From the NCBI GenBank assembly GCA_946414395.1, contig CAMKOE010000005.1, positions 14,712 to 78,711 on the forward strand: a stretch of DNA of 64,000 nucleotides, in the 5' to 3' direction. Numbering within the stretch: position 1 is the stretch's first letter; each line of letters starts with the position of its first letter. A program made the translations under genes and the position numbers. Positions 28,249 to 37,537 of this stretch are shown in pieces. The notes under the pieces were generated by a model. The model saw only the letters and a list, made by a program, of their open reading frames with translations. It was not told where the DNA came from and ran no database searches. Source of the stretch: an uncultured Porphyromonadaceae bacterium (GTDB lineage: Bacteria > Bacteroidota > Bacteroidia > Bacteroidales > Muribaculaceae).

Positions 28249-28968
28249 TCAATAAAGTGGTTTTAATTGTTCAAGTAATTCAGATTTCAACAGCGAATAG
28301 AATAAATTCTTCTCAGAATCATGAGCACGGTTCAAATCCTTAACTATAGTGTCCTTTTCGCAACCTTGCTCATAATTTTTATACGTATCGATATCTATTA
28401 TTGAGCCCAACACGTCTTTTTCTTCTTTTTGAGAGAAGACAGTAGCATTTGGCGTATATTGCAACATATTCACCAAGTCTTTATCATCAGTTATTTCAGC
28501 GTTGATCAGGAAATTATGACATTCTTTGTTAGCCAATTTAAAATCAACAGCTACATTCTCGTGAATATCCTGCTCGAAGAAATTAATATATCTGAGACCC
28601 AAACGCTGAACTTTGCCGATTGTACCATAAACCTGTGTGATGATATTGTCAAATATCTCATAAAACCTACTCCAGCCAATATATGGAATATGGGAATTTA
28701 CCGCAATGACACGGGGACCAATCTGTAACGAGCTATCGATACCATCAATACGAAACAGGGGTTTATATTTCAAATTGGGATCCCCGACCATTATCTCCAA
28801 AGGCATCTGAGATATGGGCAATGACATCACTTCACCAGGGAACAGCTCTTTGATTTGGCTATATACCATACCAAAAACGGCATTTGGATTGATGCCAGAA
28901 TCAAATCTGACTTCGATAATGGCGTCAATAATTGGGCATTTCTCAAGTGACTTTGGTAATTGTGTCAT
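28249..28968 (-). CDS. TIGR04255-like protein (239 aa)
   Basis: LP..L...PIIDAIIEVRF...QIGP....Y.GW..F...RLGLRYIN...IDID...AH..EK.LF. Confidence 0.75.
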   Translation of the reverse strand: MTQLPKSLEKCPIIDAIIEVRFDSGINPNAVFGMVYSQIKELFPGEVMSLPISQMPLEIMVGDPNLKYKPLFRIDGIDSSLQIGPRVIAVNSHIPYIGWSRFYEIFDNIITQVYGTIGKVQRLGLRYINFFEQDIHENVAVDFKLANKECHNFLINAEITDDKDLVNMLQYTPNATVFSQKEEKDVLGSIIDIDTYKNYEQGCEKDTIVKDLNRAHDSEKNLFYSLLKSELLEQLKPLY

Positions 28969-29279
28969 AATTCTCAGTGTTTAAAGCGATTTCTTCATGC
29001 TGGGCGATATTTCGCCATGCAAAGGTAAGCAATTATTCTTAATTAATTAATTTATTTACATCGTAAATGTACTTTTTTGGTGGTAAATGCACCCTTTCGG
29101 CGGTAAATATAATACAAATATCATGCCAAAATGTCAAGGCGTGTTAAAATCCCGCCGCCCAGCGGCGACCGCTGCCAGGCTTTCTGAAAAGGCCTGAAAC
29201 GCCGTGCTTCCAGGTGGTTTTCCCGTGGTAAATCGGTGGAACGATTTTGTTAAATTTCGTGATTTTGCAGAGAACGAAA

Positions 29280-30190
29280 TTTGTTTTGGCTGAATATCAG
29301 CCAAATGGGGGTTTCAAAAGGGGCGATGAGCCCCTTTTGTCCGTCGGAAGACCCCCGCCCGCCCTACGGAGCGGGCGAGCGAGGGCACCCCACTTTTTGC
29401 GGAATATGTAAAAGGGTGTTAAAATTATGCTTTACAACGTATTTTCGCACCTTTGCACCCTGCCCGCCATCCACGGAGGAGGGGAGCGGGGAGGGCGAGC
29501 CGCCCGAATGCGCGGTGATGCGCTGGGCGTGCGTGCACGTCGGGCGCATCAATGTGATTGTGCGGTGCTATCACCATGCCCCGCGAATTGAGGCGTGATA
29601 GGGCGCACGAGCGCAGGCGCAAGCGGAAGCCATCCCTCTGTCCACTGAGCGAGCGAAATGGCAGGGGATGGCATTCGCCTAAGCCGTAGCGGTGCAACCG
29701 TCATGCCTGAATGAGCGGTGAGAGCCATCACCCACCCTTGGGGTTGCGACATGGCGAAGCGCGTGTTGGCGCACTGCTGGCCAGGTAGCCTAGCGAGTGC
29801 AGCGGATGAGTGGGTAGGTGGGCACCAGCAAAGATACCCCGAGCGCAGCGAAAGCCTGGGCTTGCAAGGTAAAGATACTAGCGAGGGATGAAGCGACGGA
29901 TCTTGCCTTGTGAGCCGAGGCTGTGGGGTGTCTTTGCGGATAGGGGGCCACCGTAGCCTCTCAGTAGCGCAGCGAGCGAGCGGACGCCGCCGTGCAGTGC
30001 GCCATACCTTCAGAGCGCTTCGGGGCTTGGGGCGGGGCATGGGCTGGCAGCCGGCAAGCCGCGGGCAACGAGCGGGCGAGTTTGCTTGCGGCCTGTCGGC
30101 TGTCTGCCCTGGTAAGAAAAGAGGCAAGCCCTGCCACGATGCGACGTGGCGGGGCTTGCCGGGGCAAGGCGCGAAAGCCTTGCGGGACTG
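29280..30190 (+). other. GC-rich multi-hairpin non-coding region (large ncRNA, ssDNA origin or packaging region)
   Basis: At least six long stems with plus-strand G-T/U wobbles and AGCG-repeat loops; no credible ORF. Confidence 0.6.
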
Positions 30191-30203
30191 GAGGAAGAGT
30201 TCT

Positions 30204-30773
30204 CTATCGTCTGGGGTATTTAAAGTACCCGAGTACCAGGATCACGGCAGCCGCCGTGATGATGGCCACCGGCATGACCCAATCCATATTGGGAGGCTTG
30301 GCCACCGCTGTCATGTCGATGGTCTTATTCTCCTGCGCGATCAGCGAGGACGAGTCAGACGATGCAGTACGCTCTTGCGACCGAGCCGACAGGTTGCTCT
30401 CAACATAGTCAGACCTCCCGATAGCGGCATGCCTGGCCCTCAGGACAACCGCAGCGGCCTGTCTGTTCGGTTGTCCCGATGCGTGCCCGGGCATCACACC
30501 GGATCCAGCCGAGTCCACGTGTCCGGGGCAAGGCAGGATGATCATCTCGAAACTGTCCAGGTCCAGATGCAGGTCACTGAGCCAGTGAATCCGCGAAGCG
30601 GTTTCGCTGGCGCTATCAGTGACCGTCTGGACACTGTGCTGCTGTGTTACTTCCTGCGATGCGACTTTATGAGCACGGCAGGACGTGAACACCATCGGCA
30701 GCACCAGGACAGCGAGAATGACTAGCAAGATGATAACGATTGCGGTAGCGCAGGATTTGTAGCGATCTTCCAT
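30204..30773 (-). CDS. Putative spanin (lipoprotein with C-terminal TM)
   Basis: Signal peptide ending FTSC lipobox, C-terminal TM helix, follows the endolysin. Confidence 0.6.
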   Translation of the reverse strand: MEDRYKSCATAIVIILLVILAVLVLPMVFTSCRAHKVASQEVTQQHSVQTVTDSASETASRIHWLSDLHLDLDSFEMIILPCPGHVDSAGSGVMPGHASGQPNRQAAAVVLRARHAAIGRSDYVESNLSARSQERTASSDSSSLIAQENKTIDMTAVAKPPNMDWVMPVAIITAAAVILVLGYFKYPRR

Positions 30774-30784
30774 AATGACGAGTT

Positions 30785-31195
30785 TTAGATGTCAGCATAT
30801 TCTTTGCGAGCGTCGAAGGACGGGCATGCCTTAGCGGCGAAGTCGCGATGTCCATATATCTTCGCTTGTGGATATTTCTTCTTCAGCAGCCTCAACAACT
30901 GCAGCAGGGATTTCTTCTGGGCTTCGGTGCGCGTGTCCTTGGGGCTCTTCATGTCCTTGGCCACGCCGCCGATATAGCACACACCGATGCTATGCTGGTT
31001 GTGCCATTTGCAGTGAGCACCGACAACACTCTCATCACGACCGGCATGGATAGACCCGTCTAGATACACCACGTAGTGGTACCCGACGTCCTTGAATCCC
31101 CGCTGTTTGTGCCATGCGCGGATGTCTTGTACGGTATGCGGCCTCCCCTCCGGGGTTGCGCTGCAGTGCACGATGATTTCTTTAATTGTCCTCAT
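30785..31195 (-). CDS. Endolysin, N-acetylmuramoyl-L-alanine amidase (T7 lysozyme type)
   Basis: IIVHCSAT, VGYHY, GAHC..HN..SIGVCYIGG, GHRD..KACP. Confidence 0.95.
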   Translation of the reverse strand: MRTIKEIIVHCSATPEGRPHTVQDIRAWHKQRGFKDVGYHYVVYLDGSIHAGRDESVVGAHCKWHNQHSIGVCYIGGVAKDMKSPKDTRTEAQKKSLLQLLRLLKKKYPQAKIYGHRDFAAKACPSFDARKEYADI

Positions 31196-31478
31196 ATTCT
31201 TCGATGTTATCTTCTATGATTTCAGGTTCTTCCGCATGCTGCGGATGCTTGCGTCGCTTAGGTTTGCGCTGGTCCACCACATAGGCTTTGAACTTATAGC
31301 GATAGTCTATGCCAATGAGCGAGCCGCTGAATGTGCATGCTTCGCCAAAGACGATGAGCACTGAATCGTGAATCACGCCAGGCGGAGGCAAGATGAAGCC
31401 AGCGATCACAAGCCCTGTACCGACCAGGAACACGATGACCGCGATGGCGAGTTGGATGTTTAACTTAATCTTTTCCAT
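31182..31478 (-). CDS. Putative holin (98 aa)
   Basis: Two TM segments flanking PPPGVIHDSVL, charged tail, overlaps the endolysin start. Confidence 0.7.
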   Translation of the reverse strand: MEKIKLNIQLAIAVIVFLVGTGLVIAGFILPPPGVIHDSVLIVFGEACTFSGSLIGIDYRYKFKAYVVDQRKPKRRKHPQHAEEPEIIEDNIEEYEDN

Positions 31479-31498
31479 TGTTGAAAGAATTGGAAAGT

Positions 31499-32347
31499 TC
31501 AGAAGAAATACCCAGGTGATTTCTTCTCGTTCTTGAACCGCCATTTATCCTCGAAGAGTTCCGCAACCGGGTCGTCCTTCCACACCTGGTAAAGCGAGTC
31601 GTTCTCGCGGATAACCTGCACGCACCTGTCGAGCCGTGCGAACAATCGCCGTCCCGAGCAGATCTCTTCCAGGATCGTCGCACGGACATTCTCTGCCAGC
31701 GTGATTTCGTCCGACGTGCCGTTCGGCGTTTTGGCCAGCGCCAGCCTCAGTCGGGCCGAGATTGCCTGGCCGAGCCATTTCTCGCTGTAGGCCTGCTCTA
31801 TGGGCTTGGCCTTGAGCCTCAGCGTCAGCCATCCTTTCCACCTGTCGCCCGATGCCATGCAGTTCTGCGGCACCGGGTCTGCCGTGTAAGACGAGAAGAA
31901 CGACGAAGCGAGCCATTGCCCCCTTTCCGAGCCCATCCATTCCTCATTCACCCTGAGCAGCATCAGCAGCGCCCCTATTGCCTGGTCCCTTCGCTCTGCG
32001 AGCGACGCTGCGAGCCGGTCCACGCGCTCCTTGCTTGCAGGCGCTACGTTGGCATTCGACACGACACCGAAGCCGTTAGGCGTGAGTATGAGGTCGAGCG
32101 AAGGCAGCGAGAGGCGGAACGCCTCGTTGGCGATGATGGTTGCCGCGAGTCTCCAGGCTTTCCGCCATCCGTCCGCGATTCCCCTCATCATAGGCTCGCC
32201 GACGATTTCGTCCTGTAGCCATTGTTCGGTGACTTCCAACCGCGAGGATATCTTGTCGAACAAGGGCGTTTCGCCCTCGACCGTTTGAACCGTATTCGGT
32301 ATGAGCGCCATGAGCGCGTCGTTGTCAACGATTATCGTCATGATCAA
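31499..32347 (-). CDS. Phage structural protein, possible head-tail adaptor (282 aa)
   Basis: PSLDLILTPNGFGVVS...APASKERV motif; first gene after a late promoter. Confidence 0.55.
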   Translation of the reverse strand: MIMTIIVDNDALMALIPNTVQTVEGETPLFDKISSRLEVTEQWLQDEIVGEPMMRGIADGWRKAWRLAATIIANEAFRLSLPSLDLILTPNGFGVVSNANVAPASKERVDRLAASLAERRDQAIGALLMLLRVNEEWMGSERGQWLASSFFSSYTADPVPQNCMASGDRWKGWLTLRLKAKPIEQAYSEKWLGQAISARLRLALAKTPNGTSDEITLAENVRATILEEICSGRRLFARLDRCVQVIRENDSLYQVWKDDPVAELFEDKWRFKNEKKSPGYFF

Positions 32348-32368
32348 TTATTTTTTTTGTATTCCAAG

Positions 32369-32403
32369 CAAATTTAACGTCTTCACCCCACACATTAAAA
32401 GAC
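32369..32403 (-). promoter_or_regulatory. Putative late promoter (copy 4, adaptor-lysis operon)
   Basis: GTCTTTT-N20-TAAATTTG. Confidence 0.75.
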
Positions 32404-32477
32404 AGGCGGCGCTTCCCAGCGTGCCTGTCCTCGGTCTCACATAAGGAAAACACATTGTTATAACCCTAATTATTGAT

Positions 32478-32975
32478 TCACTCAAGCCATTCCTCGTCAC
32501 GGTACACAAGATCCGTGTACGTATCGAGTGCTATTTGGAAGTATGCGCACGCCGCCCCAGCGGCGAAGTACCTTTCAATCTCCGTAAACTGCACCCTCGG
32601 GTCGAGGTAGAGCGTGCCCTGGTTGATTCTCGTCCTCTCCTTGAACAGGTGTGACATGAACTGTCTGAAGAGTTCCCGCATTTCATCCATGCAGGCCGCT
32701 CTTGCCGCCATATCCCCGATCCTGTGCCTCTTCATCAGGAACACCGTCTTGACCCTCCTGGTGTGCGGTGTGTTGTTCATTTCCGTATATCCGGGCGAGA
32801 TGTCACTGACGCATACGGCGGCGCGTGAGGACTGCACCGTTGCTATGTATTCCTCCAGCCCGTCGAGCCCGCTGACCGAGGCAAACATGTACCCCTGCTT
32901 TTTCGCCAGCCTGTTACGGCTGGTCAGGTGACGGAAGTACCCCGTGGCGTCCCAGTTGTAGTTTCTTTTGTCCAT
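32478..32975 (-). CDS. Phage protein, possible tail terminator (165 aa)
   Basis: Size, alpha/beta pattern and position in the structural operon. Confidence 0.5.
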   Translation of the reverse strand: MDKRNYNWDATGYFRHLTSRNRLAKKQGYMFASVSGLDGLEEYIATVQSSRAAVCVSDISPGYTEMNNTPHTRRVKTVFLMKRHRIGDMAARAACMDEMRELFRQFMSHLFKERTRINQGTLYLDPRVQFTEIERYFAAGAACAYFQIALDTYTDLVYRDEEWLE

Positions 32976-32979
32976 TCCG

Positions 32980-33732
32980 TTATCTCCTATTCTTCATTTT
33001 TTCATTCAACTCTTCGGCCTCCCTGGCGATATTATCCAGTTCATTGAGTGCCCTCCAGAGGTTCATCTTCAGCACCTGCTCCTCTTTGGTGATATCCCCT
33101 TTGGTAAGCGCCCTTATCTGGTTATTCATCGCGTCGTTCATTTTCTTCGACAGCGAGCGTGAGTCACCGATGAGGTTGTTTGCCTGCGACGTGTCGCGGA
33201 AAAGGTTCGGGAACTGTTCCGAGAACGCCGTTTTAACGGCAGTCCACCAGTAGAAGACATTCATTTTCTCCGCCTGATTGAGCGTGATCTTGTCGCTTCC
33301 GTACAGCATCTGCCCCATTTCATTCAGCATTTGATGCCGTTGCGTGTGGAGGAACCCCTGGTAGAGGTTTTCGACGTAGAGGTATGTCTGAAGGTCGAGG
33401 TCCTTGAGCAGCGGGTCACAGGCCTCGTGCCTCTTGATTCTGGAGATGCGCACGGGCCTTTTGGGCACGTCGTCCAGGAAATCGAGTGTCCGTATCGCCC
33501 CTGCAATAGTTTCCGCAGTAACCAGGAATTCTTCCTTGTCCATGGTGACGAGGTAACCATCGCCGTATCGGCACAGCAACTTTATCTTACCGAAGCGGAA
33601 CAGGCAATAGGTCTTGATTTGCGCTGCTGCCAGGTTTTCCGCGATCAGGTTGAACACGTAATACAATTGCTGGTCTTGGAGTTCTGTCCAGTCTTTCGGC
33701 AGTATTACATTCATCTTCTCCATCATTCTCAA
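32980..33732 (-). CDS. Phage protein, possible tail assembly chaperone (250 aa)
   Basis: LP..W.EL N-terminus and LWRAL.ELD C-terminus; within the portal operon. Confidence 0.5.
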   Translation of the reverse strand: MRMMEKMNVILPKDWTELQDQQLYYVFNLIAENLAAAQIKTYCLFRFGKIKLLCRYGDGYLVTMDKEEFLVTAETIAGAIRTLDFLDDVPKRPVRISRIKRHEACDPLLKDLDLQTYLYVENLYQGFLHTQRHQMLNEMGQMLYGSDKITLNQAEKMNVFYWWTAVKTAFSEQFPNLFRDTSQANNLIGDSRSLSKKMNDAMNNQIRALTKGDITKEEQVLKMNLWRALNELDNIAREAEELNEKMKNRR

Positions 33733-33962
33733 AGGAATACAGTTTGTCCGTTGACCTCAAAGATACACACATCCCTTATTCTCCGGATTTCACGGGACGC
33801 CAGGATCTTCACGGTCCTGGTGCCGTTGCGGAAATCATACCTGAGCCCCACGCAGCGCTTCAGGTGCATCACCGAGCCATCCTTTTTCCAGACCTTCATG
33901 TCCACCGGATCGCCGCTGTCGATGAGTTTTCTCGCCGTCGATATATGGATGCCTGGTGTCAT
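33729..33962 (-). CDS. Small phage protein (77 aa)
   Basis: ATGA overlaps on both sides. Confidence 0.65.
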   Translation of the reverse strand: MTPGIHISTARKLIDSGDPVDMKVWKKDGSVMHLKRCVGLRYDFRNGTRTVKILASREIRRIRDVCIFEVNGQTVFL

Positions 33963-35029
33963 GAGAACTGATAACTGTGAGGAGGAACCGTGAACACGTT
34001 CGCCACCTCTTGCCGGTATGCGATAGAGTGGCGCTGGTCAGATTCCGTGAAGGTAAATTTCATCGAATTCATTTCCGCATTATTATTGCTGCATGCCGCC
34101 TCGCCATCCGTGACTACGACGGGTGTGCCGTCTAGCAGGCGGACGTCCGGCGACGTTATCAACTGGTCCAACCAGTCTGCCTGTTCAAACGATAGTGGGG
34201 CCGTCTGCACCTCGTATGAAGTGGCCGTCCTTCGGTCGTAGATCGCCAATTTCCCGCCGACCCGCGCGATTTTCCTTCCATCCTCCGTTTTTCTGTTGAC
34301 GGAGGCGCACAGGTAAGCCGACTCCCGCACGTTGAAGGCGTTGAGGAACTCGAAAGCCAGGTGCGGTTTTCTGGCGGGGCGGTAATACTCCATGTGCCGT
34401 TCCCCGACCGATACCGTCACGGCGATGATGTCTCCCGCACCACCGATTGCCGACCTCAGTGCCTCGAGCGAGAATTCACAGACAAACAGATTGGTCAGCG
34501 AGGCGTTATATGACGCCTCCAGGTCGACATCTTCAGACGAGACCTCCCCCTGCGCGTCAACGAAAGTGACGTGCATGGACGGGTTGGGCGGTGTCCCATT
34601 CGGATGAACGAAGAACAGCCTTTCGACGGTATCGCCGTCCGTAGGAAGCACTTTAGCCGAGATTGTCGACAGGAAATGCCGGAGCAGGAAGCGTTCCAGT
34701 CCACCATCCGGCAGCGCCAGCGTCTTTTCACAGAAGAGTACGGTTATTGAGGCGTCGGCTTGCCAAGCCGTCCCCTGCAGGTGCTGGATCTGCAGCGGGT
34801 ACATCCTTGCGATGGCCATGTGCCTCATATATCGTTCGACGAGTTCACGCGTCTCATACAGTGTAGCCTTGCCATTGACGGCGGCCAGCGTCGTGTCGAT
34901 GACCGTTTGTCCCGGATGCTGATAGAACAGCCTGACGCGGACATCTTGTCCGTCAGTGGTCCAGGTCAGATCCTCAAGAGCGAACGAGAACACGACCTGC
35001 TGCATCGATGTTGTCATTGACGTGGCCAT
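33959..35029 (-). CDS. Phage structural protein (356 aa)
   Basis: F.NAFNV.E...WL.QL..SP.V pattern of tail-type proteins; coupled to the portal gene. Confidence 0.55.
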   Translation of the reverse strand: MATSMTTSMQQVVFSFALEDLTWTTDGQDVRVRLFYQHPGQTVIDTTLAAVNGKATLYETRELVERYMRHMAIARMYPLQIQHLQGTAWQADASITVLFCEKTLALPDGGLERFLLRHFLSTISAKVLPTDGDTVERLFFVHPNGTPPNPSMHVTFVDAQGEVSSEDVDLEASYNASLTNLFVCEFSLEALRSAIGGAGDIIAVTVSVGERHMEYYRPARKPHLAFEFLNAFNVRESAYLCASVNRKTEDGRKIARVGGKLAIYDRRTATSYEVQTAPLSFEQADWLDQLITSPDVRLLDGTPVVVTDGEAACSNNNAEMNSMKFTFTESDQRHSIAYRQEVANVFTVPPHSYQFS

Positions 35030-36342
35030 TATTCCTCCTCCCCAACTTTTACCTGTTTAGCGTCGGTGTTTTCGTCCAGCGTCGTCAGTTGGATGAACGG
35101 CACCTCCACGCTCACACCCTTCCAGCCGTTGAATCGGCAGATGATATGATGCACGGTGAACAGCAGGTCGTGGTAGGGCTTCTGCAGTGCTTGTGCGATG
35201 GTGTAGAGTTCGCGCTTGTCGCTGCCAGAGTTGTTACTCTGCGACTTTCCGGGCACACTGCCGACCAGGTTGCTGTGCACCTGGAGCGTGAAGCAGATCA
35301 TATTGACCGCCTCCTGAATGTCGCTCTCCCAGTCACCCCCCTGCTTTGTTGTGTCGATTTTCGTTATCTGCACCTCGTGGCACTCCTTGCCGTCGGGCGT
35401 TGTGTAGAAGTTGGCGAACCAAGTCTTTCCCGAGTTCTCCGCCCCGGCGAGGAAGTCGAGGATTTCCGACTTCGCCTTCAGCATGCGCTCCCGCTGTTTC
35501 TTCGGATCCGTAATCCCTTCCTGTCGGTACAGCCTTTCAAAATACTTGTCCGAGATTTCCACGAGATACTTAATCGGCGCCGAGTTCTTGATTTTTCCTT
35601 CCTTTGCCACGCCGATCAACTGCTTGATGTTATACCAACGAGAGCGGAAGATCGCCGCCCAGTACGGAATCGGGTAATAGGTGTGGTCAGCGGTCGGCAC
35701 ACGTGTGACGATGGCGAATTTCCGTTCTTTCGTATTCTTCTCCATCCTGCCCATCAGGTCGGCGTACGGGCTTATTTCATCGAGCAGTTCTATCTTCTCA
35801 ATGTCCTGTTCACGCGTGACGGAATCTCGCCACATCGCGTAATATACTCGTTTGATCTTTCCCTGCCTGTCCGCTTTCGCGAAGCGGCAATAGCAGGCCT
35901 CTTTCCTGACGAGCCTGGCGATGGACTTGCCATCATTCGACAGGATGATAACGCTTACGGCGAAGCCCCAGTGCTTCAAGTCCTGCGCGACGCCGAGGAA
36001 ATACTGCGGCAGTGAGTTTTCGATCAGCCACGCATCTACCTTTTCCCTGACCTCCTGCGAAACCTTGCCGGTGTTGTACCGCAGTCCGCTACCATAGCAC
36101 ATCTGTGCGTTCCACAGCAGGCAGGTTGCCAGCGTCTCGTCCTGTTCTATCAGATCCATGATGTTGTACGGCATCATATTGTCCGCGCCCCAGGGCATGT
36201 ACTCCTCCCTGTCGTTGATTCTCACGGGCACGATATCCGTGTCGTCACGGAACACGGCGGTGCCGTCCCTAACCAGTGCCGCAGCCGCATGCACGCCAGG
36301 CAACGTCTCCACAGACGGTTGCATGTATCTTTCGTAAGCCAT
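35029..36342 (-). CDS. Portal protein (437 aa)
   Basis: PWG.DN..P, YYPIPYW, FL.G.ENSGK, VH..LVG..PG, SGSDKRE motifs of PBSX/P2-like portals. Confidence 0.8.
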   Translation of the reverse strand: MAYERYMQPSVETLPGVHAAAALVRDGTAVFRDDTDIVPVRINDREEYMPWGADNMMPYNIMDLIEQDETLATCLLWNAQMCYGSGLRYNTGKVSQEVREKVDAWLIENSLPQYFLGVAQDLKHWGFAVSVIILSNDGKSIARLVRKEACYCRFAKADRQGKIKRVYYAMWRDSVTREQDIEKIELLDEISPYADLMGRMEKNTKERKFAIVTRVPTADHTYYPIPYWAAIFRSRWYNIKQLIGVAKEGKIKNSAPIKYLVEISDKYFERLYRQEGITDPKKQRERMLKAKSEILDFLAGAENSGKTWFANFYTTPDGKECHEVQITKIDTTKQGGDWESDIQEAVNMICFTLQVHSNLVGSVPGKSQSNNSGSDKRELYTIAQALQKPYHDLLFTVHHIICRFNGWKGVSVEVPFIQLTTLDENTDAKQVKVGEEE

Positions 36343-36345
36343 ATT

Positions 36346-37521
36346 CTATGCCTTGTAAACTTTATACTCGGCCCATTTCATGTCATAGACCGTAACCATC
36401 GCCCCATAGTTGTTGTCGATATGCTCGACATCCGGCACGATGCCCTCGTCCCATACGAGTCCATCGGGCCAGTTGATTTGCACGCACTGTTCGAAATTGT
36501 CCGTGCTGAATATCATTCTGTGCACCGACGCCCCGCTGTTTGCGGGCTCGAGCACGACGTTGACCACATCCGAGTCGACGATCATCCTCGCCAGTTTCCC
36601 GTTTGGGACCGTATAAGTCTTGCGCGTGTTGTTGTTCTTGCGTACCTCCACGACCTGCATGGCGTAGTTCGGATCCGTCATTGCCGGAGAGAAAGCGCTA
36701 CCCGTCCATCGGTACAGCACATTCGTGTCGGTGTGGCAGTACACGACATTCTTTGATGGGACACCCATGTTCACCGATTCGGTGTCACTTTTCTTGTACC
36801 AGATCTTACCGCTGTCGAAATAGAAATCACCCGTCGCCAGGTTGTCCAGTGTCGTTTCCGCCACATTCCTGATCATCACCTGTGGCGCTTGAGCCGCGGG
36901 AACTCTTCCCGCCTCATCCAGTGCGACGACCCCACTGCCGGGCAACGCGTCGAGTTTATCCTTGTCTTTTGCCGACATCAACCCTGCCCTTACCGAAGAC
37001 ACCAGCGGCAGAGTCCTACTGCAAAGCGTATCCCCGTTAGCGCCCTTGAACACCAAGTTGATGCCCGCCGTGGTATACTGCAGGGAAACGGAAGTTAATT
37101 TGCTGTCTTCAGCCAGGCCTGCGGCGTCCTCGATCTTCTGGAGCGTTTGCGGCAGAACGATGCCAGCCCGGGACGCGTCCGCCACGGGGACAACGACACA
37201 GATCGCGTTGTGCGCAGACTGTTTGACGGTGAGCGTCATTCCATCTTCCGCCGCCGCGAACTCCACCAGCACTATCTCCTTGCCGTTGGCCGAGGACACT
37301 GCATTACTTGCGGCCTGTCTGGCGGCATTTGCGGCCGACACCGCACCGTTTACCGCCGTCATGATGCTGACGACGTCTTCCTCCGGCACAGTCGACAGCG
37401 CCTTGATCAGGTCAACGACGGCCTGGAGCAGGTTGCCAACCCGCACAGGCGTGACCGAGTTGGGTGACGTCTCCGTTTTAAGCGACAGGATCGACTCGTC
37501 TATTTGTGATGTATCTGTCAT
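36346..37521 (-). CDS. Tail-fibre-like protein (391 aa)
   Basis: ET..NSVTP.RVG N-terminus; AGLMSAKDKDKLD fibre repeat plus a degenerate second copy; GVVALDEAGRVP. Confidence 0.6.
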   Translation of the reverse strand: MTDTSQIDESILSLKTETSPNSVTPVRVGNLLQAVVDLIKALSTVPEEDVVSIMTAVNGAVSAANAARQAASNAVSSANGKEIVLVEFAAAEDGMTLTVKQSAHNAICVVVPVADASRAGIVLPQTLQKIEDAAGLAEDSKLTSVSLQYTTAGINLVFKGANGDTLCSRTLPLVSSVRAGLMSAKDKDKLDALPGSGVVALDEAGRVPAAQAPQVMIRNVAETTLDNLATGDFYFDSGKIWYKKSDTESVNMGVPSKNVVYCHTDTNVLYRWTGSAFSPAMTDPNYAMQVVEVRKNNNTRKTYTVPNGKLARMIVDSDVVNVVLEPANSGASVHRMIFSTDNFEQCVQINWPDGLVWDEGIVPDVEHIDNNYGAMVTVYDMKWAEYKVYKA

Positions 37522-37537
37522 GTTTTTGAGATTTTAT

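Noticed and set aside
29549-30725. ORFs 29549-30127(-), 29910-30725(+), 29992-30408(+)
   Set aside because: Arg/Pro/Ala-rich low-information translations expected from GC-rich hairpin DNA; two overlap the spanin gene antisense.
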